Assembly: GCA_019056785.1 (NCBI GenBank)
Contig: DXJV01000076.1
Coordinates: 1-40,949 of the forward strand
Source: Candidatus Heimdallarchaeota archaeon
GTDB lineage: Archaea; Asgardarchaeota; Heimdallarchaeia; JABLTI01
DNA: 40,949 nucleotides
Reading direction: 5' to 3'
Part shown: positions 26,676-36,225 of the stretch, piece after piece
How positions within the stretch are numbered: position 1 is the first letter of the stretch
How the letters are laid out: every line of letters begins with the position of its first letter
The notes under the pieces: generated by a model
Told to the model about the DNA's origin: nothing
Databases searched by the model: none
The model's input: only the letters and a program-made list of their open reading frames with translations
Made by a program: the position numbers and the translations under genes

Positions 26676-27077
26676 ATGATCGCTATAACTAAAGAATTCA
26701 AACAACTGCTTCAAGAAATGTTCGAAAGTAGAGGTGTAACTGAGATTCCTGCAAATGAGCTCCTGGAGTTACTATCAATTACCTTTAAGGAATTGGAAGT
26801 CGTTTTAAAAGACGAGCAAATACGGGATAGTTACAAGTTTCTCCAAGCTAGCGATGGGACCTATTATGTCAGGCGATTTGTTCGCGCAAAATTAGAAGTG
26901 AAAAAAATGTCAAGCGATCACAAAATCCAATGGGATAACATCGGAGGATGCCCTTGTTTTACTTGCTATGAATTGGATAGGTGTGATATAGGAAATCCCA
27001 TCTCGTCGGTGGATTGTCCACTGTTCACACGCTGGTTATTTGCCGACGAAGAGGATGATGTGGAGGATAAAGACTAG
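26676..27077 (+). CDS. TFE-beta / RPC34 (RPC39)-like protein with Fe-S cluster domain
   Basis: C-terminal PCFTC-x5-C-x2-GNPIS-x3-CPLFTRWL matches the 4Fe-4S motif of RPC34/TFE-beta. The N-terminal region is wHTH-sized. Confidence 0.75.
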   Translation: MIAITKEFKQLLQEMFESRGVTEIPANELLELLSITFKELEVVLKDEQIRDSYKFLQASDGTYYVRRFVRAKLEVKKMSSDHKIQWDNIGGCPCFTCYELDRCDIGNPISSVDCPLFTRWLFADEEDDVEDKD

Positions 27078-27216
27078 CCCCACTCAAATTGTCCTCCTTT
27101 TGGGCGGCATTAGAAACGTCTTTTCTACTGATGGATAAAAGTATTATTAAATCATTTTTCGTAAAACCTAGCTATAAGAGGTAATTACTAATCAGATGTA
27201 AAAGGAAGAAGTCGCA

Positions 27217-27873
27217 ATGAATTATCGCCAGAAAAGCCGAAAAAGAGAATTTTATTATAAAGAGGCAATCAAAGCTGGCTATCGTTCTCGTGCATCCTAT
27301 AAACTAATTCAACTCAATGAGAAATTCGCTCTTTTTAAAAGGGGAAATAGTGTCCTGGACATTGGCGCCGCTCCCGGCGGTTGGTCGCAAGTTGCAAGTC
27401 AACTCGTTTCTCCCGGCATAGTCTATGCCATTGACCTCGAGTATATAGAGCCCATTGAGGGGGTAATCACAATACGAGGAGATATCACTGCACCTGAAAC
27501 AAAGAAAAGATTGCGAACAATTATCTCTGAACCAGTGGATGTTGTTCTCTCAGATATAAGCCCAAAAGTTTCAGGTAATTGGAGCACAGACCATGCCCGG
27601 CAGATCTATCTCTCAGAAGAAGCTCTCCGGTTAGGCATTTCCGGCATTTTAAAGCAAGGGGGGAAGTTCGTCTGCAAATTGTTTATGGGTGATCTATTTG
27701 ATGCCTATATTGCAAATCTCAAGAAACTTTTCCAGGTAGTATATCAATTTAAACCGAAAGCTTCTCGTAAAAGCAGTGCAGAAATTTATGCCATTGCTAA
27801 GGGGCTTAAAAGTGGTCCCATTCGAAAGAAAAAACCAGCTCAAAACAAGCAAACAACCGGCGAAAAACAATGA
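27217..27873 (+). CDS. rlmE: 23S rRNA (uridine-2'-O)-methyltransferase RlmE/FtsJ
   Basis: GYRSRASYKL, LDIGAAPGGWSQ, VLSDISP, KPKASRKSSAEIY. Confidence 0.96.
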   Translation: MNYRQKSRKREFYYKEAIKAGYRSRASYKLIQLNEKFALFKRGNSVLDIGAAPGGWSQVASQLVSPGIVYAIDLEYIEPIEGVITIRGDITAPETKKRLRTIISEPVDVVLSDISPKVSGNWSTDHARQIYLSEEALRLGISGILKQGGKFVCKLFMGDLFDAYIANLKKLFQVVYQFKPKASRKSSAEIYAIAKGLKSGPIRKKKPAQNKQTTGEKQ

Positions 27874-29090
27874 TAAACTATCCACTTGCCTTGGTAAAAG
27901 AGGGAATAACACCTGTACTGGTACCAGATGTGGACGCCATTAAAAAGCCAACCACCACTTTCGCCCCCAAAGATGCCCCGGTTTTTTATAATAAAGAAAT
28001 GGAATTAAATCGTGATTTCGCGCTAGCATGCTTGCGAGCCTATTTAAAATCCCAACAAGCAACCAGATTTCGTTATTGTGAACCAATGGCAGGCACGGGA
28101 ATTCGGTCTTTACGAGTGGCAAATGAAGTGCCAGGCGGAAAGGTACTCATAAATGATATCAATCCCTTTGCTTTTGCATTAATAAAAAAGAATGTTCGAC
28201 GGTTAAAACTCCGACAGCGAGTTTCTGTTTGTCGGAAAGAGGCTAATACTCTTTTATTAGAATTTGCTTCAAGAGGGCGTGGTTTTCAAGTCATAGATTT
28301 GGACCCATTTGGCTCACCGGCACCCTTCCTCGACGCAGTTGCACAAGCAATAGAAAAAAAAGGTCTTTTAGCTATCACTTCAACAGACATGGCTACAAAA
28401 TGTGGTGTGTATCCACAAGCATGTGTGAGAAAATATGCTTCTCGGCCCATTCATTCATCGATTGGGCATGAACTGGCAGTGAGGATTTTACTTGGAAGTA
28501 CCATTACGGCACTTGCAAGACATGGCAAAACAGGTGTGCCTTTTTTTGTTCATAGCACTGCACACTACATCAGAATATATGTGCTCGTTGAAAAGAGCAT
28601 TACAAAAGCAAAGGAAGCCATGGGAGAACTGGGGTTTGTTTCACATTGCCCACAATGTTTTGCAATTGAAAGTAGAAAAGGGATAGTGAACTCTCTCAAG
28701 ACGACATGCCCAAATTGCTCTGCGCGCCGGCTAATTGGCGGGCCTTTGTGGCTGGGAAAACTTTTTCATGAAGAATTTCTCACATTCCTAGAAAAAGAGC
28801 TCATATCCTCTAATTCCGTTTACGGTTCCATTAAGAAAATGAAGAAGATGTTTTCTTTAATACAGGACGAAGCGCAAGCAAATGCTTCTCTACAAGCGTT
28901 GATAGGTTATTATGATATCCATCAAATAAGTGACAAGTTAAATGTTCCATCACCAGCATTGAAAGTCGTAACTACAGCGCTACAAAAAGCAGGCTATATA
29001 GCCACACGAACGCACTTCCGTTTGAATGCCATTAAAACGGATGCGCCTGTAAATAAAATCGTGAGCACAATAAAGGATGCGACAAAGTAA
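27870..29090 (+). CDS. trm1: tRNA (guanine26-N2)-dimethyltransferase Trm1
   Basis: PVFYN..MELNRD, AGTGIRSLR, DLDPFGSP, GPLWLG, THF..NAIKTDAP. Confidence 0.95.
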   Translation: MINYPLALVKEGITPVLVPDVDAIKKPTTTFAPKDAPVFYNKEMELNRDFALACLRAYLKSQQATRFRYCEPMAGTGIRSLRVANEVPGGKVLINDINPFAFALIKKNVRRLKLRQRVSVCRKEANTLLLEFASRGRGFQVIDLDPFGSPAPFLDAVAQAIEKKGLLAITSTDMATKCGVYPQACVRKYASRPIHSSIGHELAVRILLGSTITALARHGKTGVPFFVHSTAHYIRIYVLVEKSITKAKEAMGELGFVSHCPQCFAIESRKGIVNSLKTTCPNCSARRLIGGPLWLGKLFHEEFLTFLEKELISSNSVYGSIKKMKKMFSLIQDEAQANASLQALIGYYDIHQISDKLNVPSPALKVVTTALQKAGYIATRTHFRLNAIKTDAPVNKIVSTIKDATK

Positions 29091-29146
29091 GTGATTCTTT
29101 AGGAAAGATTTTTCTTTCTAAAAAAGAACGAATTAATACGACAGAG

Positions 29147-29815
29147 ATGATTTTTGCAGGTGTGGATGAAGCAGGAAGAGGTCCTGTTCTGGGGCCGTTG
29201 GTTGTTGCTGGTGTTGTTTTAAATAAAAGAGACCTGGACGATTTAGTAGATCTTGGTTTAACCGACTCAAAACTATTGTCGAGAGCAAAAAGAGAAGAAT
29301 TATATGCTGAAATAATGAAGCGAGCTATAGACCACAAAGTAATCATCCTCCCGGCAGAATTCATTGATACTAATAGACAAACAACTACAAATCTCAATAA
29401 AATCGAATTTAATGCTGCAGTAGAGATTCTAAATAGTTTGAACAACTGGAATCAGGCTTATGTTGATGCCTTTGACCGGAACGCCAAGCGATTACAATTT
29501 GTTTTAAGTAATACTATTCAACATGAGGTTGTTGCTGAGCATTTTGCGGACCGGAATTATCCTGTTGTATCTGCAGCATCGATAATTGCTAAAGTCATAC
29601 GCGACAGGGAGATAGACAAATTACATGAAGAATTTGGAGTCGATTTTGGTTCGGGCTATCCCCATGACCCCAAAACAAGTAAATTCCTTGAAACTTATTA
29701 TTCGACGCATAAAGAATTGCCAATGATCGCAAGGAAAAGCTGGAATACTGCCAAAAAACTTGTCGAGGCACATGAACAAAAACAGTTGGATGAGTTTTTT
29801 TCAGGAGAAGGCTGA
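29147..29815 (+). CDS. rnhB: Ribonuclease HII
   Basis: GVDEAGRGPVLGP, DSK, VSAASIIAKV, GSGYPHDP, and a C-terminal PIP box QKQLDEFF. Confidence 0.97.
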   Translation: MIFAGVDEAGRGPVLGPLVVAGVVLNKRDLDDLVDLGLTDSKLLSRAKREELYAEIMKRAIDHKVIILPAEFIDTNRQTTTNLNKIEFNAAVEILNSLNNWNQAYVDAFDRNAKRLQFVLSNTIQHEVVAEHFADRNYPVVSAASIIAKVIRDREIDKLHEEFGVDFGSGYPHDPKTSKFLETYYSTHKELPMIARKSWNTAKKLVEAHEQKQLDEFFSGEG

Positions 29816-29823
29816 AAAGGGCG

Positions 29824-30807
29824 TTAAGCTGTTTTTTTACTTTTCTTCTTTTTCTTGAGAAGCTCATCAATAGAAAGAATTGGCACACCATCAACATTTA
29901 GTTTGTTTGGTGTATCACTTGAACCGATAATGAGTAAGGGGTCCACTTCGGCGATCTTTGAGATATTGTAGGTAACTCGCACTTTTTTAACAACATCTTC
30001 CTTTGTTGGTTCTTCAGAAATCCCGGTAACTGTAGTTGTACTTTTATCTCCTTTTTCTGTGTCAAGGCAGCGAGCCAAAACGCGGATGGGGATTTTTTTC
30101 GTCCAGAGCTGGTCGGTCAACCCCAACGTATCGAAATGCTCTTTTACTTCACGTTCAATATCGCTTTTTGGTCTATTATTAAGTGACGTTGGTGTGGTGA
30201 GTGAGCCGATGCGTTTCATATCTTCAAAGAGATTAATGGCGATAGTCAATGGCTCATCGAGGATTTCCTCTATTTTTAATGCTGTCTCCAGAGAAACGTC
30301 TACAGTACCATGTTCATACTCGTAAATAGTTCGCTTTGAAACACCAATTTCCTGGGCAAGATTACCCATACTATAATTTTTCGCAAGTCTTTTCTCTTTA
30401 AGTAAGGCGCCATCAAATTTAACTTTGAAACCTCCCCTACAAGCATAAATAAGAGGGGGAAGATGATTGATTAAAAGATTATGAAGTGTAGCAACAGAAA
30501 CAGCTGGGATTTCATAGCGAGTGTAAACAACACCATCCTCTATATCGACGTTGTTCCGGATACGTTTGCCGACAATTAGGGGGAACCCTTCTAACATTAT
30601 GGAGAGTTTTCGAAGCTCAAACGTTTGTTCTTCGCGAAGGCTATCGATATTGAGGACAATTTTGATCAAAAGGAGGAGGTTTTGTTTCTTGGCGACAAGG
30701 TCAAAGCACCCGCCAAATCCAAGTAAAGGGGTAGATAATTGGAATTGCGAATTTTCAAGAATGGAAGTAATTTCCTGATAGAACTGTTGTAGTTCTTCGT
30801 TGATCAT
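29824..30807 (-). CDS. Archaeal HTH (Cro/C1) transcriptional regulator, COG1395-like
   Basis: FDLVAK...LLIKIVLNIDS, DGVVYTRYEIP, RGGFKV, HTH SMGNLAQEIGVSKRTIYEYE. ATG 30807 is preferred. Confidence 0.88.
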   Translation of the reverse strand: MINEELQQFYQEITSILENSQFQLSTPLLGFGGCFDLVAKKQNLLLLIKIVLNIDSLREEQTFELRKLSIMLEGFPLIVGKRIRNNVDIEDGVVYTRYEIPAVSVATLHNLLINHLPPLIYACRGGFKVKFDGALLKEKRLAKNYSMGNLAQEIGVSKRTIYEYEHGTVDVSLETALKIEEILDEPLTIAINLFEDMKRIGSLTTPTSLNNRPKSDIEREVKEHFDTLGLTDQLWTKKIPIRVLARCLDTEKGDKSTTTVTGISEEPTKEDVVKKVRVTYNISKIAEVDPLLIIGSSDTPNKLNVDGVPILSIDELLKKKKKSKKTA

Positions 30808-30962
30808 TAACCAACCCCCAAAAACTGAAAGTATTTGGAGCAACCTGTACTTAAAATTACTAAGATAAAAAAGCACTCCTAAACCTTAAATGTCTTATTA
30901 TCCATACGTTTCTTGTTGGGAAAGAAAGTACATTTTTAAGAGGAAAAACAAACAAAAAACGA

Positions 30963-31955
30963 TTATTTTTTCTCTCTTTTAATAATAAGTTTGAGAGGTT
31001 TGGCAAGCCGGTCATCCATTATGAAAATTTTACTCCCTTCTTTGAGGTTCTTCTTATTGATGATGAGCTCCTTATCAAGAATGACCCCGCGCAACATTAT
31101 CCGCGGCTCAGCCAATCCAAAGGCATAAGCAATGCGAGTGGAAAGGTCGCTAATTTTTTCCCCGTCTTCAACAGTTATTGTTGCCTCTTTAAGCGAGTAA
31201 AATTCGCCGCAGACAGGGCAATTGTATTTTCGTTCTAATTTAATTACGGTAGTTGTGTTTGTCATCCCATCGTAAAAAAGATAGTTATCAAGTGGGGTAC
31301 CTAATTCCATTAAATGTTTCAAGCATTCTTGGCTAATAATCCCCCCAATAATCATTGAAAGGGTAGCAACTGCCGGGAGGGGGGCTTCAGGTTTCTTTGG
31401 TAAATGTTTTCTCTTTTCGCCAATAGGGCTGCAGGCTTGGCTCAACTTCTCCTGAGGGACCAAGGGCTGGCATTCAAAACAAGGAGTTTCATAGGGAATA
31501 ATGCGCTGCACATGCCCCATAAAGCCATACATACCACCGGTAATAAGTGGCTTATTAAGGTCAACGCAAAGAGAGTTGAGCCATCGACGAGCATCAAAAG
31601 AGTCAAGCCCAGCAGTAATGATATCACATTCTTCATAAACGGAGCGCTTTATGTTCTCGAGTTTAGTGGGCATGGAAACAATTTCTATTTCATTATTCAT
31701 TTGTCGCAATTTACGAGCTGCAACTTCTGCCTTGTACTTTCGAACGTCACGCTTCCGGAAAAGGAACTGGCGATTGAGGTTAGAAACTTCGACGGTGTCC
31801 ATATCTACTAAAATTAATTTGCCAACACCACTTAAAGTGAGATTAGTGGCAATAAAAGAGCCAAGGGCACCAACTCCTGCAACAAGAACGGTTGCATCGC
31901 GAAGTTTTTCTTGGTTCCATCCATCAATTCTTAATTGCCGATCATACCTCGACAA
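30963..31955 (-). CDS. Ubiquitin-activating E1-like enzyme (UBA3-like, ThiF family with ubiquitin-fold domain)
   Basis: RYDRQ, GVGALG, DMDTVEVSNLNRQFLF, TPCFEC followed by a putative catalytic Cys (SQACS), CPVC, and a C-terminal beta-grasp-like domain. Confidence 0.88.
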   Translation of the reverse strand: MSRYDRQLRIDGWNQEKLRDATVLVAGVGALGSFIATNLTLSGVGKLILVDMDTVEVSNLNRQFLFRKRDVRKYKAEVAARKLRQMNNEIEIVSMPTKLENIKRSVYEECDIITAGLDSFDARRWLNSLCVDLNKPLITGGMYGFMGHVQRIIPYETPCFECQPLVPQEKLSQACSPIGEKRKHLPKKPEAPLPAVATLSMIIGGIISQECLKHLMELGTPLDNYLFYDGMTNTTTVIKLERKYNCPVCGEFYSLKEATITVEDGEKISDLSTRIAYAFGLAEPRIMLRGVILDKELIINKKNLKEGSKIFIMDDRLAKPLKLIIKREKK

Positions 31956-32031
31956 AAGTCAACCACACTCGCATTTAGCTTCTTTATCAGATAAGGAGAT
32001 TTACTAACACATAAAACCTTTGTGTTTAAAT

Positions 32032-32124
32032 GCAATTTCCCCAAGAAAAGCCATATCCCTCCCTCCCAAAGGGTTCGGAACCTTTAGTTCGAGAAAGGCA
32101 TCGCAAAGCAGTCGTTGGAATTGC
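32032..32124 (-). ncRNA. Candidate structured ncRNA / leader
   Basis: GC-richer intergenic island that folds into nested stems on the minus strand, with G-U pairs (see findings). Confidence 0.35.
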
Positions 32125-32256
32125 CCCACTTGAACCTCATTATTTTCAAATAGTCTCAAAGCAATGATTTTTATAGGTAATGGGATTCAAAATAAGACAG
32201 AAATACCAATAAAAGGTATAAAAGTTAAATTTTGATAACTACAGGTGTACAATACT

Positions 32257-33237
32257 ATGCCAGAAGTTTATGAATGGATGGGCGCACGCCCAGGCGATAT
32301 TGTCTACCGACACCCCGACGATCGAATTGTTTGGGGGTCGCAGATAATTGTAAAACAAAATCAAGCGGCAATTCTCTTCAAAGAAGGGAAAGCGTATGAT
32401 GTTCTTGGTCCGGGAAGACATTTTATCACAACAAAAAATCTCCCGTTGATTACCAAGTTCCTTTCACGAATTGTTGGCTATGACCGTTCTCCTTTTAATG
32501 CTGAAGTGATTTTCGTCAGTACCAGCGACTTCAAAGGAAAGTTCGGTGGAAGAAGTCAAACAACCGATCTTGCTCCGCTCCAATTTCATGGAGAATACTA
32601 TTGGGAAGTCAAAGATCCAAGCGCTTTTGTTATGGAGATTGTAGGCAACCAAAAAATCTACAATTCGCAAGCAGCATCTGAATATCTACGAGGATTCTTC
32701 ATTCAAACATCTATTGATCAGCTTTCACATTATCCCCTTGTGAAAGTCATGCGAGAATTAGATGAAGTTAGCGAAGAAATAGAAAAGAATATCGTCCCCC
32801 AATTGATGCGTTGGGGTATAAATCTAATCGATTTGAAATATCTTGGTGTTGATACAACACAGGAATATCGAGACCGCCTTTTCTGGATGCAATCGGGCGT
32901 CTCTGCAGACAAACTTATCACTCTTAAAACCGTGGAAAAATCAACAGAGCATCTCGGGAAATCTCCAGGTGCGGGGTTCGGAGCTGGAATGGTTCTTTTG
33001 CCAGAATTGATGCGACAGGCAGAACAAACACGTTCTCGGGGAACAGCCGACAAAGAAGCGATTATTACTTGCCCCAATTGTGGTGCACATACCTCCCCAG
33101 CAGCGAAATTCTGTCCAAACTGTGGAACGCAAATGGGTGTAAGCCCGAAAAAGGCACAAAAGTTCTGTCCAAATTGTGGCGATAAAATCGACCCTGGCGA
33201 GAAATTCTGCTCAGCTTGTGGAATGAAATTAGTTTAA
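32257..33237 (+). CDS. SPFH/Band-7 domain protein with C-terminal double zinc ribbons (YdjI-like)
   Basis: GSQIIVKQNQAAILFKEG..YDVLGPGRH..TTKNLP...SPFNAEVIFV, a GAGFGAGM linker, and four CxxC knuckles. Confidence 0.88.
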   Translation: MPEVYEWMGARPGDIVYRHPDDRIVWGSQIIVKQNQAAILFKEGKAYDVLGPGRHFITTKNLPLITKFLSRIVGYDRSPFNAEVIFVSTSDFKGKFGGRSQTTDLAPLQFHGEYYWEVKDPSAFVMEIVGNQKIYNSQAASEYLRGFFIQTSIDQLSHYPLVKVMRELDEVSEEIEKNIVPQLMRWGINLIDLKYLGVDTTQEYRDRLFWMQSGVSADKLITLKTVEKSTEHLGKSPGAGFGAGMVLLPELMRQAEQTRSRGTADKEAIITCPNCGAHTSPAAKFCPNCGTQMGVSPKKAQKFCPNCGDKIDPGEKFCSACGMKLV

Positions 33238-33252
33238 AAGTGATATTTTTTC

Positions 33253-33290
33253 CATCAAGATTTTCTCTTGATGTTTTTTTCTTCTTTTTT
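33253..33290 (+). terminator. Intrinsic terminator (8-bp hairpin + T tract)
   Basis: catcaaga-ttttc-tcttgatg followed by ttttttt, 15 nt after the SPFH stop. Confidence 0.65.
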
Positions 33291-33377
33291 CCTTTTCCCT
33301 AAAACCAATAAATTCGAAATATCTTTATTGTTGCTTTGGTTATTGAAACCGAAAATCATTTCTGAAGTTGTAAATAA

Positions 33378-34595
33378 ATGTGTCAGACAAAAATACCTCG
33401 TGAAACTAATTTAGCTATTGCCAGAGAAAAGCACCACCAACTTCAAACAATCTTACAAGAATTGGACATCGATTGCTGGTTAATTTTTGTACGCGAAACA
33501 GCAGCAATTCCAGATCCAATAATGGAGCTTGTGGTGGTGGGGGATGTAGTTTGGCAGTCTGCTTTTATTTTTTCATTGCAAAAGAATGATCTTAGAACGG
33601 CTGCCATTGTGGGCAATTATGATGTTTTAAATGAAAAAGAGAAAGAGCTATGGGATGAAGTCATTGGCTATACAGAAGGAATTTCGGGGCCATTAAAAGC
33701 ATATATGAATAAAATTGCCCCTCAAAAAATCGCTCTTAATTACTCAAAAAATGATGTTACCGCAGATGGCTTAACATTTGGAATGTACAAGATTTTGGCC
33801 GAAATTTTGGCAGAGCACAAAACAAAGTTTAGAAGCGCAGAACAAATCATACAAAAATTGAGGGGGCAAAAGTCAAAAACAGAAATAGCTCTTGTGAGGA
33901 AAGCATGTGAGCTGACAGAAAAAATCTTTGAAGAAATAATACCAACAATCAAGGAAGGGATGAATGAACTCGAGATACAAAAACTCTTCCACGAGAAGAT
34001 GGATGCCTTGGGAGTAAGCGAAGCCTGGCAAAGAAATTCTTGTCCAGCAGTAGATGCAGGGCCAGATAAAGAAATTGGTCATGCTGGTCCAGATAAGAGG
34101 ATAAAAGTGCGGAAAGGGCATACTATCCATTTCGATTTTGGTGTCAAACTTCATGGTTATTGTTCTGATATCCAAAGAATGATCTTTTTAGGGACAAAGC
34201 AAGAGCTCCCCGAAGAGCTGAAACATGCCTTTGAAACCGTTCATGGCGCAATAACAGCTGCAGCAGAATTCATTCGCCCAGGGGTGAAAGGTTTTGAAGT
34301 TGATAAAGTCGCCCGGGATTATGTGGTCGCAAGAGGGTATGAGGAATTTGGGCATGCTTTGGGGCATCAGGTAGGAACACGAGCTCACGATGGCGGTGTC
34401 CTTTTAGGTCCTCTCTGGGAACGGTATGGCGAAACATCAAAAGGCGTCGTAGAAGAAAATATGATCTTCACACTTGAATTGAATGTTAAAACGAAAAACT
34501 TCGGCTATGTTTCACTCGAGGAAGATATACTTGTAACAAAAGAAGGTTGTGAATTTCTCATTCCGAGACAGAATGACTTTTGGTTTATAACATAA
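33378..34595 (+). CDS. M24 family Xaa-Pro peptidase
   Basis: Metal ligands in HFDFG, GYCSDIQR, HALGHQVG..AHD, FTLE, and LEED. Confidence 0.92.
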   Translation: MCQTKIPRETNLAIAREKHHQLQTILQELDIDCWLIFVRETAAIPDPIMELVVVGDVVWQSAFIFSLQKNDLRTAAIVGNYDVLNEKEKELWDEVIGYTEGISGPLKAYMNKIAPQKIALNYSKNDVTADGLTFGMYKILAEILAEHKTKFRSAEQIIQKLRGQKSKTEIALVRKACELTEKIFEEIIPTIKEGMNELEIQKLFHEKMDALGVSEAWQRNSCPAVDAGPDKEIGHAGPDKRIKVRKGHTIHFDFGVKLHGYCSDIQRMIFLGTKQELPEELKHAFETVHGAITAAAEFIRPGVKGFEVDKVARDYVVARGYEEFGHALGHQVGTRAHDGGVLLGPLWERYGETSKGVVEENMIFTLELNVKTKNFGYVSLEEDILVTKEGCEFLIPRQNDFWFIT

Positions 34596-34615
34596 AAGAT
34601 GAGAGCTGATGCACA

Positions 34616-35620
34616 ATGGTAAAGGCATTAATTGCTGGAACAATTCGGGCTGACCACGCCCTCCCAACAGGGATAGCACTTCTTAGGAAGGGAAAAAGTG
34701 CAATTGATGCAGTAGAAGCAACCGTTAGGCTGGTAGAAGATAATGAAGACGATTGGACAGTCGGCTTAGGCGGCTTACCAAATCTACTCGGAGAGGTGGA
34801 GCTTGATGCATCAATAATGGATGGAAAAACCCTCCGGGCAGGGGCGGTTGCAGGGATTAAGCACTATAAAAATCCGATATCAATTGCTCGAAAAGTCATG
34901 GAGGAAACACCTCATATCCTTTTGGTCGGCGAAGGAGCAGAACTATTCGCTCGTGTTATGGGCTTTCAAGAAACGCCTCTTTTAACTCAAACAGCCCGTG
35001 ACATTCACCAGGATTTCTTGCAAAAAAAAGGAATAGTCAAATATCCCTATGATACAGAAGACACCCTCAAATTAAAGGAACGTTATTACAAATCCTTTCA
35101 ACATCTTGTAAAAGACGAGAAGTTAATGAGCTGGTATAGGCGATATGTTGAAACCACGCACGGAACAGTCAATGTCTTAGCGGTTGATAAAGAACAGCAT
35201 ATCTGTTGTGGCGTGTCAACAAGCGGTCTTTCGTTCAAGTTTCCCGGGCGAGCAGGCGATTCGCCTGTCATTGGTGCTGGTAATTATGCGGATGACCGGT
35301 ATGGCGCAGCAGCTTGTGTTGGAACTGGGGAATTAGTTATTCGACTTTCGTTGGCGAGGATAGCTGTTTATGAGTTATCAAAAGGTGCAACTGTAGAGGA
35401 AGCAGCAACAACAGCCATTTCTTCTTTAAGAGACCTGTTGCCAGATAAAGGTTCTGTGTCTATAATTGTGCTAGATAAAGCAGGAAATGTCTGTGGTGCC
35501 TGTAACTGGCAAGACTACTACTTCTGGGTAGCAACAGAGGATAATCCAAAGCCGCAAAAACAAAAATGTATTTTTGTTGACTTGAAGAGCGAGGTGAATG
35601 GTGTGGGTTATCATCGCTAA
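34616..35620 (+). CDS. Isoaspartyl peptidase / glycosylasparaginase (Ntn hydrolase, asparaginase-2 family)
   Basis: ELDASIMDG, HGTV (Thr nucleophile), STSG, GRAGDSP, GTGE. Confidence 0.92.
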   Translation: MVKALIAGTIRADHALPTGIALLRKGKSAIDAVEATVRLVEDNEDDWTVGLGGLPNLLGEVELDASIMDGKTLRAGAVAGIKHYKNPISIARKVMEETPHILLVGEGAELFARVMGFQETPLLTQTARDIHQDFLQKKGIVKYPYDTEDTLKLKERYYKSFQHLVKDEKLMSWYRRYVETTHGTVNVLAVDKEQHICCGVSTSGLSFKFPGRAGDSPVIGAGNYADDRYGAAACVGTGELVIRLSLARIAVYELSKGATVEEAATTAISSLRDLLPDKGSVSIIVLDKAGNVCGACNWQDYYFWVATEDNPKPQKQKCIFVDLKSEVNGVGYHR

Positions 35621-35677
35621 ATCGCATGAGGTTCATTTAATTTTTAGAAATTCTTTTAACCTAAGAAAGGCAAGTAA

Positions 35678-36221
35678 ATGCTACAAAGTGCTTTGAAGGT
35701 TTTAGAAATGGTAGAAGAAGATACTTCTGTGTATACCGCTGCAGCACAAAAGGCATTCATTATTAAAATCTCTGGAACAAAAGATGCTGGCAGAGAATCA
35801 AGTTATGATTGGTTATTCAAAAGCAGAGGGGTTACTGGTCCCCAATTTAACAAAGAAGGAATTTCGTGAAATAATTAAAAAACAATATTACTCTAAGGCT
35901 GGAAATGTTCGGGCTGCTGGGCAAATTGCTGGCGACTTGTGGCGGTTCATTCGAGAAATCAAACTTGGTAATTACATTGTTGTTCCAGCAGAAGAAGGTC
36001 TGTACATTAGCAAAGTGATTGGTCCTGCTACCTACGATGAAATGCGCATTTTCAATGCTACTGCTTATCGCCGAAAAGTGGAGTGGTTAAATAATAAAAA
36101 ATTAGTTCCAATGGATCTAGTCACGGATGAACTAAAGAAGCGCTTAAAATCCCTACAAAGAGTAATAGATGCATCAGATTTATACATTGAAATAGAGTTT
36201 GCATTGCGGCATGCGGGTTAA
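35678..36221 (+). pseudogene. Split/truncated Mrr-associated (COG4127-like) restriction protein N-terminal domain
   Basis: KAFIIKISG (35678 frame) appears to continue as ENQVMIGYS...AGDLWRFIREIKLGNYIVVP...AYRRKVEWLN (35784 frame). No nuclease domain follows. Confidence 0.55.
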
Positions 36222-36225
36222 AGAC

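Noticed and set aside
32032-32124. tRNA, SECIS, or H/ACA guide identity for the hairpin
   Set aside because: There is no cloverleaf, no tandem G-A/K-turn motif and no nearby in-frame UGA selenoprotein. The downstream ACA is too far from the internal loop.
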